The notes below the pieces were generated by a model. It saw nothing but the letters and a program-made list of their open reading frames with translations. It made no database searches and had not been told where the DNA came from. From the NCBI RefSeq assembly GCF_037042905.1, contig NC_087251.1:5830001-5894000 (forward strand): 64,000 nucleotides of DNA, in the 5' to 3' direction. Each line of letters opens with the position of its first letter. The stretch's first letter is position 1. Positions 28,493 to 40,200 of this stretch are shown here, piece after piece. This DNA comes from Lytechinus pictus. Its lineage: Eukaryota. Position numbers and translations under genes: made by a program.

Positions 28493-29391
28493 GAGTATCA
28501 CCTGCATGTGATGTAATCACATAAGGAGCCTCATTTGTGTTATAAAAATTGTTTAATTTGAAGACAACACTATGGACATATTTAACTAGAAGCTCAATTA
28601 TCGAATGTTTTCAATGATTTAGGTCAAAATGGCATTCTTCATGAAGAAATATTATGTTTGAGTGTATTATTTTCATTGATGACATAGCCTTTGAATTCAT
28701 TGATGTAATCCTTATGAAAGAACAAAGAGATTTGTTTATAGTGTTTTATATTTCTTTATAGGTATTGCTATTAGTCCTACCTTTAACTTTGAATACCTGT
28801 GTCTGAACCTTTACAATGTATTAACAAAGTCATCCAAACCCACTTCTTGAATTTTATTATTTTAGGTAGAATATTGTTGATGATGTCGATCTTGTCCAGT
28901 TTACTTGTTATTCCTAATTAATACTTTATCCCATGCCAAGTAGATGCTATTATGGATAGCAATGGTTTTTAAGCACTGTGCTTCAATGAGATTTGCATGT
29001 AAATACATCCTATTTTCTTTAAAACATGATGCTAAATGGCATGATGCTTTTACATATAAGCATGTTGTTTCGTAAAATGATATCTCAATTAGAAGTCAAT
29101 GAGAATTGTTACATATTTGGTAAATTTCCAAGGGAATAAACAGCAAATAAGTTTTTTCACAGTCGACAAATAATTGATGATGGAAGCTCCTTATTTTTCT
29201 TTTGTTGAAAATGGAAATAAGAATGAAACATCACTCTTCTTGTGCTTGCCTAGAGTAAAAAAAGCTATATTGAATGATCATGACATTGAGGATACAAATT
29301 ATTTTAATGTTCTACATATTTTAAGTAAAAAAAAAACCTTTCTGCAAAAAAATGAGCTTCAGAGATAACATATACATGTACATTAGAATTT

Positions 29392-30602
29392 GGGCAATTC
29401 CAAGCAAAAGTGGACATTTTCCAAAAATTTATATTGGCTCTATTTCAAATCTGGATCAAATTTTTCTATCAAAACTCATATGGGATTTCATAAATACAAA
29501 AGGGGAACATAATTGGCCACAAATTTTTTTTCTTACGCATCTCCTTATAGGAAAATCCAAACCATACGAAAAATTCAATACATGGGACTACATATATTGT
29601 TTTTTTTACTTAATTTCAACTTAACAGAAAACTATTGCTTGTTTAGTGAAATTTTCTTTTGGATAATCTGAAGGTCATCATTTTACATCATATCAAAAGA
29701 AAATTTTAAAATATAAGTTTACTTAACGTTGCCTGTGTGTGAATATTTCAGATGTCACTCCGTAACCGGGTATGGGTTTATGTTTTAAGTTGTAATTAAT
29801 GAAAAAATACACCAATTTTTTAATGTAATGCAGCATATTAAAGCTAGAACAACATATACCGTGTTTACACTTAATCGGCATTTGAATCGGTTCTGAACCG
29901 CGAGCCGATTCAGCATCGGCTTTTTCATAGCGTGTAAATGCGAGCAACTTGAATCGGCTCGCGGTTCAGAACCGGCAATTTGCACCACCAAAGTAGTAGG
30001 TTCTGAACCGCGAGCCGATGCAGAATCGGCTTTTTTTACTACGTGTAAACAGAAAGCCAATTCTGCACCGGCAATTTGTGCGCATTTCAATTACTTTACC
30101 ATTGTGACGTAATTGTAAGCGCACTGATCCAGCGTTGTCTTTATTATGACGTACATGTATATTGTTGGTATGCGTATCATTTCAGGTTTTTGCATCGGCT
30201 CGCGGTTCTGAACCGCGAGCTGTAACAACGTGTAAACGCAATCCAAATGCCGATTCTGCATCGGCATTTGGTTCTGAACCAAATGCCGATTAAGTGTAAA
30301 CACGGTAATAGAATCCAATCAATAACTCAACATTGTGATAGCCATTTAAAGTTCACAGAGTTTGAGTAATATGTTTTCTCCTCAAATATGCATGTCCATT
30401 TTACGTCACTCCGTATCCATGTTTATGAATATTCATATCTCATTAATTCAGTGGGTCAAAATAAAAAAATGTTATTATTTTGAAAAGTGGGTTTCAGCAA
30501 CTACTGCCACGTACCATTTCTTTGCAAATAATGTGTGTGATATCTTTGTTTGAATGCTAAAAACTTGTTTCTGAATGTCACTCTGTAACCGTGGAACTGC
30601 CC
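29392..30602. mobile_element. TIR element with GGG termini and ATTT 4-bp TSD (Sola2-like by termini), interrupted by a nested MITE
   Basis: gggcaattcca / tggaactgccc; ATTT at 29388-29391 and 30603-30606; internal gtcactc(c/t)gtaacc motif repeated. Confidence 0.65.
29859..30305. mobile_element. Young CpG-rich MITE nested in the 29392-30602 element
   Basis: Perfect TIR ccgtgtttacacttaatcggcatttg / caaatgccgattaagtgtaaacacgg; TA flanks; internal palindromic ggctcgcggttc(t/a)gaaccgcgagcc motifs. Confidence 0.9.
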
Positions 30603-31635
30603 ATTTGTCTATAGATTGTGATCCAGCTAGAGTTTGATATTGGAAATATCAATCTCACATATATTATTTTTATGAGGATTATAGTGTGAATTATTTTTGT
30701 TGATGTGTCCTAGTTAGAAATATCTTGAATTAGTTGGTATCATACTGTTGATCCATCGGTACCCCAATAGGAGTGGGTGTAGAGGATAAATAAAGTGTGT
30801 GGGTGGCTTCATCAGACTCTTAATTTTCCTCCCTCTCAGTCATCTCTTTCACTCTTTCTATGCCACTCACACCAGTGTCTAGGCCATATTTTCCTCTCTT
30901 CATGCTTTTGTCACCATTTTTGGCTCTTAATTCGTCATGTCACTTTTTGGGAGAGCATTTATGAGTGTGGGAATCATCTTGATGGTAGGGCAATTGATAC
31001 AGGTTGTGCTGGAAACATTGTGGATATCTGTGAGTTCTTGAGACTATCACTGTCAACAATCGGAATGAGTATGGAATATATGGATGTAGAGCGATCCTCA
31101 TGTGTTTTGTGCAAGTGTTGTACAGTATGGTGAGCTTATAAGACTGATTAGCTTATACACAAGAAGTTCATAATTGAGATTATGTATTGTATACTATGTA
31201 TTTATTACCTAAATCCACAATAATACCATCCAATGATAAAGTTTAAGATTAAAGTCTCGGTGAGTAAGATGTGTAGAATATAAGCTTAATCAAAATTCTT
31301 TGTTTAGATTGAGTTAGAGTTAGGAATATTATGGAAAGCACTGAATTATATTTCAGATATGATAGGAATTGCTGTCATATATACAATGTTTTACATGATT
31401 TGAATGTTGTCATGTAAGTGCTATAGTATTCAAAATGCTATAAATTTTATTGTAATCAGCAAGTAGCTATCAAATTCTTTCATTCATTAAATTGCTTGCA
31501 TTCGAAAGTACTCTTCAGGATTACTTTGAACTTTCGCAGAACACATTAGTGTTCAGTCCAGGAAAGTGTAACGATTGTCACTGTAGCTGCTATTCCAATG
31601 TGACTCATTTGTGTTTTTGTTTTGTTTTTCTGCAG

Positions 31636-31750
31636 AAATTGGTGTTGATCAGAAAGGTTTCTCTGCGAATGCTTCAGATCTTAGGTTTTCTTGGACAACA
31701 GAATGTTATCCATGCTGATCTGAAACCAGAAAACATCCTATGTAACTCAG
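31636..31750 (+). CDS. Internal coding exon of a Ser/Thr(/Tyr) protein kinase, CMGC group, DYRK/HIPK-like (subdomains VIa-VIb)
   Basis: Polypyrimidine tract and acceptor (tttttgtttgtttttctgcag) precede 31636; donor AG|gtaaga at 31751. The 115 nt (phase 0 to phase 1) read KLVLIRKVSLRMLQILGFLGQQNVIHADLKPENILCNS. HADLKPEN is the catalytic loop seen in HIPK; DYRKs have HCDLKPEN. Confidence 0.92.
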
Positions 31751-31775
31751 GTAAGAATGTATTGAAAGTCATATT

Positions 31776-32309
31776 GTACATAAAGAGGCTCTAATAGGAG
31801 AAAATTATCATTTGTTAACAAAATTTAGTCATTGCTCCTATGTGTTTAAGATTGCATGCTCGATCTGTAATGAAAAATCATAAGTCAGAACATATTGGAA
31901 CCAGTGGGATTCAAACCTGCCATCTACTGCTTTCTGGGCAGCGACTTAACCACTGGGCTATTCTGGTTCACGGCTAAGTCACAATGAACTGGATTCAAAT
32001 ACCCTTGATCCTCTTCTTTCTGATTCATTAATATGCAAATGCAGTCCACTGTGGACAATAAAAAGTACATAAAGAGGCTTTAATGGGAGGAAATTATAAT
32101 TTGTAAACAAATTTTTGGCATTACTCCTATGTGTTTAAGATTGCATGCTCGATCTGTTATGAAAGTCATAGGTCAGAAAAGATGGAACAAGTGGGATTCG
32201 AAACTGCCATCTACTGCTTGCCGGGCAGCGACTTAACTACCAGGCTATTCTGGTTCACGGCTTAGTCAAGATGAACTGGAATTCAACTACCCTCGATCCT
32301 TTTCTTTCT
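31776..32309 (-). repeat. Tandem duplication (period 289 bp), each unit containing a tRNA-derived SINE-head-like sequence on the minus strand
   Basis: Units start gtacataaagaggct at 31776 and 32065. Minus-strand A box TAGCCCAGTGG and B box GGTTTGAATCC at 31897-31969; second copy at 32184-32256 has TTCGAATCC. Confidence 0.8.
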
Positions 32310-33170
32310 AGAAAAAAAAAAATCATACAGGATTTAAGAAATAAAAGCCATGAAGATAAAATAACAAGGTCACTATGTCAAAATGCATGTAATGTACTAA
32401 AAAGAAAATTAGTTATAACTTGATGAAGTATTTGGTAGAAGTTATCTTAGTGGACAGATATGCTCTCTTTGCCATTGCATAATTTTTAATGTGTGATGAT
32501 TGGTAATATCTGCACACCCCTTTTTGTACAAAATCCTATAAACCAAGGTGGGCATGAAGGGAAGTTCCTGGAAACACTTGCAGTGCATGTAAGTCTGTTT
32601 TGCCTTTGTGAAGTTACAGTGACTGCTCTTTATAATATTGATAGTTGTTTCATTTGAATAATTCATTTAGCCCCCCCCCCTCCCCAGCAATTATTTTTTT
32701 AAATACAAAGCTCATGCTTATTGTCATCAAACATATCATACAATTGCATTTATGATACAAATTTTCTTGTTTTATGGATATATTGATACTTTGTTAAAAA
32801 AAAAAAGAGTACCAAAAGATCTATAACTAGAATTTTAATTCGTCTTGTGGACGAATTAGGTGATCTGTCTGTCATTCTCATGATCACGATCTAATTTTCG
32901 ATTATTACAACCATGTCAATGCAGTTCAATATGATCATCATCATAATAAACAGACTTTTATCAACGGAAGAACATACTAAATACAGCTGAAGACAACAAA
33001 TTAGGTTGTGTAAAAGATCTTGTTTTATTAGAGATGCCAAATGCGATTTCGCAAGTGACTACACGAAATAGTGAAAATAATGTTGCTGGAATCCAAAAAT
33101 GTAGAATCAAGTTTTGAGAAAAATCAGTATTAATAGAGGTTACACACAAATACATGAGCAAAAAAAAAAA

Positions 33171-33245
33171 CATTGTCAAGTGAGTTTCGAACCAAGGATC
33201 CTCGCGTTGCAAGGCAGGTGTGCTATCCATTAGACCACAAAACTT
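33171..33245 (-). pseudogene. tRNA-like cassette inside H2-A unit 1
   Basis: A box TGGTCTAATGG and B box GGTTCGAAAC at tRNA spacing, followed by T11; stems are degenerate. Confidence 0.6.
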
Positions 33246-34608
33246 CTCAAACTCTCGTTGTTCAAAGAATGAATATTATCTTGAATTGATTTATGACAGT
33301 AAAAATTGCCATTGTGATATGCCTCTATAAATTCTAAATTTTGAGGATGAATAATTAATATAAATGAAAATTTTAGAAAATATTTAGTAAGCGTATAAGC
33401 TCAGCTACAATATGTCGAAATCTGAGCGAAAAATGACCAACAATTACGGAGTAATAGTCATATTTGTAAAATTATTAAAACGTCATGAAACAAAAATGGA
33501 AAATTTTAGTTCCGACGCCATTTTGATGACGTCATGATAAAATGTAGGGTCGAATTTGACATGAAATCACATCTACAATTTATACTACATCCGAATATAA
33601 AAGAAAATTTAGGGGTCAACGGACTATATGAAGAGTTATATTGAATTTTGTAAAGGCATGTTTTTGCACATATTTGGCCTATTGTGAACGCGCGCGTGCG
33701 CGCATGATTCAAAGTTTGATTGAAGCTAATTCCTTTACTACTGGTCGTAGAAGGTTGATCAAGGTATCAAATTAATCAGAATTTCATAATAAATGCATTG
33801 ACGTAAAAGAAACGGCGATTTTACATTGCATACCGACGTTACGCGCGTGAATGCGCGCGAAAACGTGTGAGCGCGCAAATTCTTGAAATGCTTCAAATGA
33901 CCTGATTCGTACTCTACTTTGATCAAAAAGTGATTTTGAGCATTTTAAAATTTTGACACGCGCGTACATGCGCGTCGTGACGTGTTCATGACGTTTGATG
34001 ACATGGACAGTTGAACCATGATCTGAAGTTATTTTTATGTTAATATTGTTCATTTTTGATGATTGATGATGAAGATATTGTTGATAATGTGATTTTACAA
34101 AATGGCGCGTAGATGACGTCACGATGACCATTTGACGTTGAACTTGTTTCGTACACATTGCATGATAACTGTGCATAATTGATAATATTTTGATGAAAAT
34201 TGATCGATCACTTTTTTTGATTTTGGTGGAACAAGAAAAGGGTGGAAAAAGAAAAATAAACTAGAATTTTAATTCGTCTTGAGGACGAATTAGGTGATCT
34301 GTCTGTCATTCTCATGATCACGATTTAATATTCGATCATTACAACCATGTCAATGTAGATCAATATGATCATCATGATTAAAAACGGACTTTTATTAACA
34401 AAAGACCATATTAAATACAACAGCTTAAAGACAAAATATTAGGTTATGTAAACGATCTTGTTTTATTAGAGAATGCCGAATGCAATTTCGCAAGTGACTA
34501 CACGAAATAGTGAAAATAATGTTGCCGGAATCCATGAATGTAGAATCAAATTTGGAGAAAAATCAGTATTTAATAGAGGTTACACACAAATACATGAGCA
34601 AAAAAAAA

Positions 34609-34683
34609 CATTGTCATGTGAGTTTCGAACCTAGGACCTTTGCATTGCAAGGCAGGTGTGCTATCCATTAGACTACACAGCGT
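34609..34683 (-). pseudogene. tRNA-like cassette inside H2-A unit 2
   Basis: A box TAGTCTAATGG, loop CTTGCAA, B box GGTTCGAAAC, followed by an oligo-T run. Confidence 0.6.
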
Positions 34684-36152
34684 CCCGTACTCTCATCGTT
34701 CAAAGAAGGAATATTATCTTAAATTGACTTATGATAGTGAAAATTGGCATTGTGATATGCGTCTATAAATTCTCAGTTTTGGGGATGAATAATTAAAATA
34801 AGTGAAAATGTTATGCAATATTCAGTAAGAGTATAAGCTCAGCTACAATATGTCGGAATCTGGGCGAAAAATGATCAAGAATTACGGAGTTATAGTCATA
34901 TTTGCAAAATTATTCAAACGTCATAAAACCAAAATGGAAAAATTTAGTTCCGACGCCATTTTGATGACGTCATGATAAAATTTAGGGTCAAATGTGACAT
35001 AAAATCACATCTATATTTCATACTCTATCCGAATATAAAAGAAAATTTAGGGGTCAACGGACTATCTGAAGAGCTATATTGAATTTTGTAAAGGCATGTT
35101 TTTGCACATATTTGGTCTATTGTTAACGCGCGCGTGCGCGCGTGATTCAAACTTTGATGGAAGCTAATTCCTTTACTACTGGTCGTAGAAGGTTGATCAA
35201 GGTATCAAATTATTAGAAATTTAATACCAAATGCATTGACGTAAAAGAAAGTGAGATTTTACATTGCGTAACGACGCTACGCGCGTGAACGCGCGCGAAA
35301 ACGGTTGAGCGCGCAAATTCTTGAAATGCTTCAAATGACCTGATTCGTACTCTACTTTGATCAAAAAGTGATTTGGGGCATTTTAAAATTTTGACGCGCG
35401 CGTACATGCGCGTCGTTACGTGTACATGACCTTTGATGACATGGATAGTTGACCCTTGATCTGAAGTTAATTCGATGTTAATATTGTTCATTTTTGATGA
35501 TTGATGATGAAGATATTGTTGATAATGTGATTTTACAAAATGGCGCGTAGATGACGTCACGATGACCATTTGACGTTGAACTTGTTTCGTACACATCGCA
35601 TGATAACTGTGCATAATTGATAATAATTTGATGAAAATTGATAGAACAGTTTTTCTGATTTTGGTGGAACAAGAAAAGGGTGGAAAAAGAAAAATAAATA
35701 ATAAAAATAAATAAAAAAGAAAATTCGTAGAAACACAAGAGGTGATCTGTCAGTTGACAGATCACCTAATAATCCATACCCCTGAAATTCCATGAAATTT
35801 AAGAAGATATTTCTTTCATCATACTCTCCAGCAAATCAGAAGTGAACTCTGATTCCTAGTAAATGTTGAAAAATAGTTTTAAGGCCAGCAATCTGATCTT
35901 GGATAAATATTTGAAAAGAAGCAGTGCTTACCCATCCTTTAAATCAAACACATGTGTAGAAGAATTGACAATAGGTTAAGAATGCCTGGGAGGGTAGAAA
36001 GATGATGCCCAAGTGGTTTTAAAGGTGCTCTCCTGCATAAGGCCCTACAATTTAACAATTTATTTGAATGTAGCAATTGCAACGTACAGAAAGGGAGATT
36101 TTGGGAAAAAACAATTAAAGAGATAATTTGTATTTGTTTGCATGGTATTCCG

Positions 36153-37190
36153 TTTTGTCTCGCCTGCATAGCAGAGTGAGACCATAGGCGCCTCTTTTAT
36201 GACGGCTGGCGGTGGCGTCAATATCAAATCTTAACCAAAGGTTAGTTTTTTAAATGACAGCATAACTTAAAAAAGTATATGGGCCTAGTTCATGAAACTT
36301 GGACATTAGGTCAGTCAAGTATTACTGAACATCGTGTTCGAGTTTCAGGTCACATAACCAAGGTCAAAGGTCATTTAGGGTCAATGAACTTAGCCCATGT
36401 TGGGGGAGTCAATATTGATATCTTTACCTCAGGTTAGGTTTTTGAAATGTCATCATTACTTAGAAAGTGTATGGACCTAGTTCATGAAACTTGGCCATAA
36501 GGGTAATCAAATATTACTAAACATCCTGCCTGAGTTTCAAGGCACATGACCAAGGTCAAAGGTCATTTAGGGTCAATGAACTTTGGCCAACTTGGGGGTA
36601 TTTGTTGAATTACCATCATAACTTTGAACGTTTATGGATCTGATTCATAAAACTTGGACATAAGAGTAATCAAGTATCACTGAATATCCTGTGCAGGGGT
36701 TTCAGGTCACATGACCAAGCTCAAAGGTCATCTATGGTCAATGAACTTTGGCCATGTTGGGGGTATTTGTTGAATTACCATCATAACTCTGAAATTGTAT
36801 TGTTTTATTTCATAAAACTTGGATATAAGAGTAATCAAGTATCAATGAACATCCTGTGCAAGTCTCAGGTCACATGACCAAGGTCAAAGGTCATTAAGGT
36901 CAATGAACTTTGGTCATATTGGAGGTAATTATTAAATTGCTGTTATAAATTTCAATGTTTATGGATATAGTTTATGAACTGTGGACATAAGGGTAATCAA
37001 GTATCACTGACAAGTCTTAGGTCACATAATCAAGGTCAAATGTCATTTAGGGTCAATGAACGTAGTATTGTATCATTATATGAATGGTGTTTTTTGTGAA
37101 TAGTGATTTTATAGTAGTTTTCAAAGTCAGCACTGCTGCTAGATTGAATCGCGTAATGCAGGTGAGACTGCCAGAGGCACTGCACTTGTT
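36153..37190 (+). mobile_element. Family H1 copy 2 (about 5 internal repeat units)
   Basis: ttttgtctcgcctgcatagcagagtgagac ... atgcaggtgagactgccagaggcactgcacttgtt; same internal repeats as copy 1. Confidence 0.82.
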
Positions 37191-37203
37191 ATTTTTTATT
37201 TAT

Positions 37204-40200
37204 TAGGTGGTCTGTCATGAATATGACAGATCACCTATTATATTCGTCAGATTTTACTTTATTTATTTTTATTGCCAAATTTTGTTCCCACTTTATCTCA
37301 AAATCAGGCTTGTCAAATTTCTTGATTTTCATGCCATGTATGGAAATTATTATGGAATCGCTAAACAAAACTTTTCAAGGTTATCAAATCATGATCACGT
37401 CATCTAGGCGCCATTTTGTAAAAATGAATTATTGATCATATCATCGCAACTAATCATCAAAAATCATCCATATTTGCATCATATCAAGTTCAGGTGACAG
37501 GTCACCAGGACATGTCATCAGAGGTCATGCAAAGGTCACGACGCGCACGTACGCGCGCGTCAAAATTTAAAAATTCCCCAAAACAATCGTGGTCAAGTTT
37601 GGGTACGTTTCAGGTCATTTTGAGCATGTCAAGAATTTGCGCGCGCACAGGTATGCGTGCGCGTTCTTGCACCTACCATCGGTATGCATCTTCGAGTCGT
37701 CATTTATTTTATGTCTGTCCATTGTCCATTATCTTCTGATTAATTTGATACCTCATTCAGCCTCTTACGACCAATAATACGGGAATGCGCGTCCATTCAA
37801 ATTTGCATTACACGCGCGTGCAAACTCGCAAAATAAGTCATAAGTGGGCAAAAATATGCCTATATAAAATTCACTGTAGCTCTTCAGGGAGTCCGTTGAC
37901 CCCCAATTTTTTTTCCCTATTCGAATAGAGTATGAAAAGGAGATATGATTTCATGCCACATTTGACCCTTAAAAACATCGTGACGTCATCAAAAGGGCGT
38001 CGGAACAAAAAATTAACGTTTTCTGTTTCATGATGTCACCACACTCATGTAAATTGATTCTAATTCCGTAAATATTGGTTATTTCTCGCCAAATTTTCAA
38101 TATCTTTTAGCTTAGAATGTACCCTTTAGACAATATGTCCATTGTATCATTTTAAAGCTTGTACTATTCTCAAAACTAGAACTTGTAGAGGTTTGTCATC
38201 ATGCCAATTTTCTACTTGCAAAAATTTACATTGACAATATGTTTCCTGGTTTGCGTGTGCCGTCTGTCGGAAACATTGTGGTCGACTGGATAACGCACCT
38301 GACTGATAAAGCAGGGGTCGGTGGTTCAAACCTTGCCTGACTTTTTTTTTTTTTTTTTTTTCCTTTTTAGGTGGTCTGTCATGCCACATTTGACCCTTAA
38401 AAACATTGTGACGTCATCAAAAGGGCGTCGGAACAAAAAATTAACGTTTTCTGTTTCATGATGTCACCACACTCATGTAAATTGATTCTAATTCCGTAAA
38501 TATTGGTTATTTCTCGCCAAATTTTCAATATCTTTTAGCTTAGAATGTACCCTTTAGACAATATGTCCATTGTATCATTTTAAAGCTTGTACTATTCTCA
38601 AAACTAGAACTTGTAGAGGTTTGTCATCATGCCAATTTTCTACTTGCAAAAATTTACATTGACAATATGTTTCCTGGTTTGCGTGTGCCGTCTGTCGGAA
38701 ACATTGTGGTCGACTGGATAACGCACCTGACTGATAAAGCAGGGGTCGGTGGTTCAAACCTTGCCTGACTTTTTTTTTTTTTTTTTTTTCCTTTTTAGGT
38801 GGTCTGTCATGAATATGACAGATCACCTATTATATTCGTCAGATTTTACTTTATTTATTTTTATTGCCAAATTTTGTTCCCACTTTATCTCAAAATCGGG
38901 CTTGTCAAATTTCTTGATATTCATGCCATGTATGGAAATTATTATGGAATCGCGAAACGAAACTTTTCAAGGTTATCAAATCATGATCACGTCATCTAGG
39001 CGCCATTTTGTAAAAATTAATTATTGATCATATCATCGCAACTAATCATCAAAAATCATCCATATTTGCATCATATCAAGTTCAGGTGACAGGTTACCAG
39101 GACATGTCATCAGAGGTCATGCAAAGGTCACGACGCGCACGTACGCGCGCGTCAAAATTTAAAAATTCCCCAAAACAACCGTGGTCAAGTTTGGGTACGT
39201 TTCAGGTCATTTTGAGCATTTCAAGAATTTGCGCGCGCACAGGTATGCGTGCGCGTTCTTGCACCTACCATCGGTATGCATCTTCGAGTCGTCATTTATT
39301 TTATGTCTGTCCATTGTCCATTATCTTCTGATTAATTTGATACCTCATTCAGCCTCTTACGACCAATAATACGGGAATGCGCGTCCATTCAAATTTGCAT
39401 TACACGCGCGTGCAAACTCGCAAAATAAGTCATAAGTGGGCAAAAATATGCCTATATAAAATTCACTGTAGCTCTTCAGGGAGTCCGTTGACCCCCATCT
39501 TTTCCTCACTCTTGGATATAGTCAAAATCTTATCTTGAGATTGCATAATAACGTCAAAATTACGTTAGAAGTGAAAATAACACATTTTCGCAATTACGTC
39601 AACTTATTTATGCATATTTGACCGTATCTTCGTTAGTACTAGTCAATTTTCTCTCAAATTTTGATATGATGTAGAGAAAAGAATTTTCTACAAATAATTC
39701 GTGATTGATTTTCACTTTCAACCACAGCATCAGAGTGTTATCACCTGTTTAAGTTTTTGCAATTTTTTTCTGGACCTAATTTTTGAGAATTCTTTTAAGA
39801 AAATGCATTATTAATCAATTGTACGGTCTTGCTGAAAATATCAAGCCCACTAGCCTCTCTGTTTTTTATGTAGGACATTTTTTTTAATATTGCCGGAACA
39901 TTTTAAGGGGTAGTTTAAACATTGTAAAACATCATTTATGCATTTTTTGGTAAACGCTACAATATTGAAACGCTATTTGGTTGATAAATTTCATTCAAGA
40001 CATTTTGCGGAAAATCCTGGATTTTTTTCTATTTGGTTATTTTCTCTAAATATAACGTATAACAAATTTTCAGATACCTTCTGTGAAATTAAAAATAGTG
40101 CAATTTAGTAAAATACTAATTTTCCCGAAATTTTGCGGGAAAATTGCCAGTATTTGAATCTTTTACCTGACTTTTTTCAGTAAAATCATCAAGAAAGAAT

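Larger units (their letters stand above)
32827..35770 (-). mobile_element. Head-to-tail dimer of a non-autonomous Helentron/Helitron2-like element (family H2, subfamily A; units 32827-34260 and 34261-35770)
   Basis: On the minus strand: 5' hairpin aggtgatctgtca-NN-tgacagatcacct (35740-35767), 3' subTIR gacagatcacc, stem-loop taattcgtc-N5-gacgaatta, then CTAG-TT end at both 32827 and 34261; the units are colinear but diverged. Confidence 0.85.

Noticed and set aside
31492..31794. 100-aa ORF as a complete gene
   Set aside because: Only 31636-31750 is kinase-like and it is bounded by canonical splice sites; the rest is intronic read-through.
33784..35614. Duplicated 130/133-aa minus-strand ORFs (MHSYHAMCTKQ...)
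   Set aside because: They repeat only because they lie in the tandem H2-A units; no Rep/helicase or other recognisable motif.
38272..38341. Functional or bacterial-type tRNA-Ile(GAT) gene
   Set aside because: The CTGATAA loop and GGTCGGTGGTTCAA are suggestive, but acceptor, anticodon and T stems do not pair, and the 5' half is closer to eukaryotic tRNA-Arg.
37207..39369. Repeated short ORFs in H2-B
   Set aside because: By-products of recent DNA duplication; overlapping frames and poly-K/F from T-runs.
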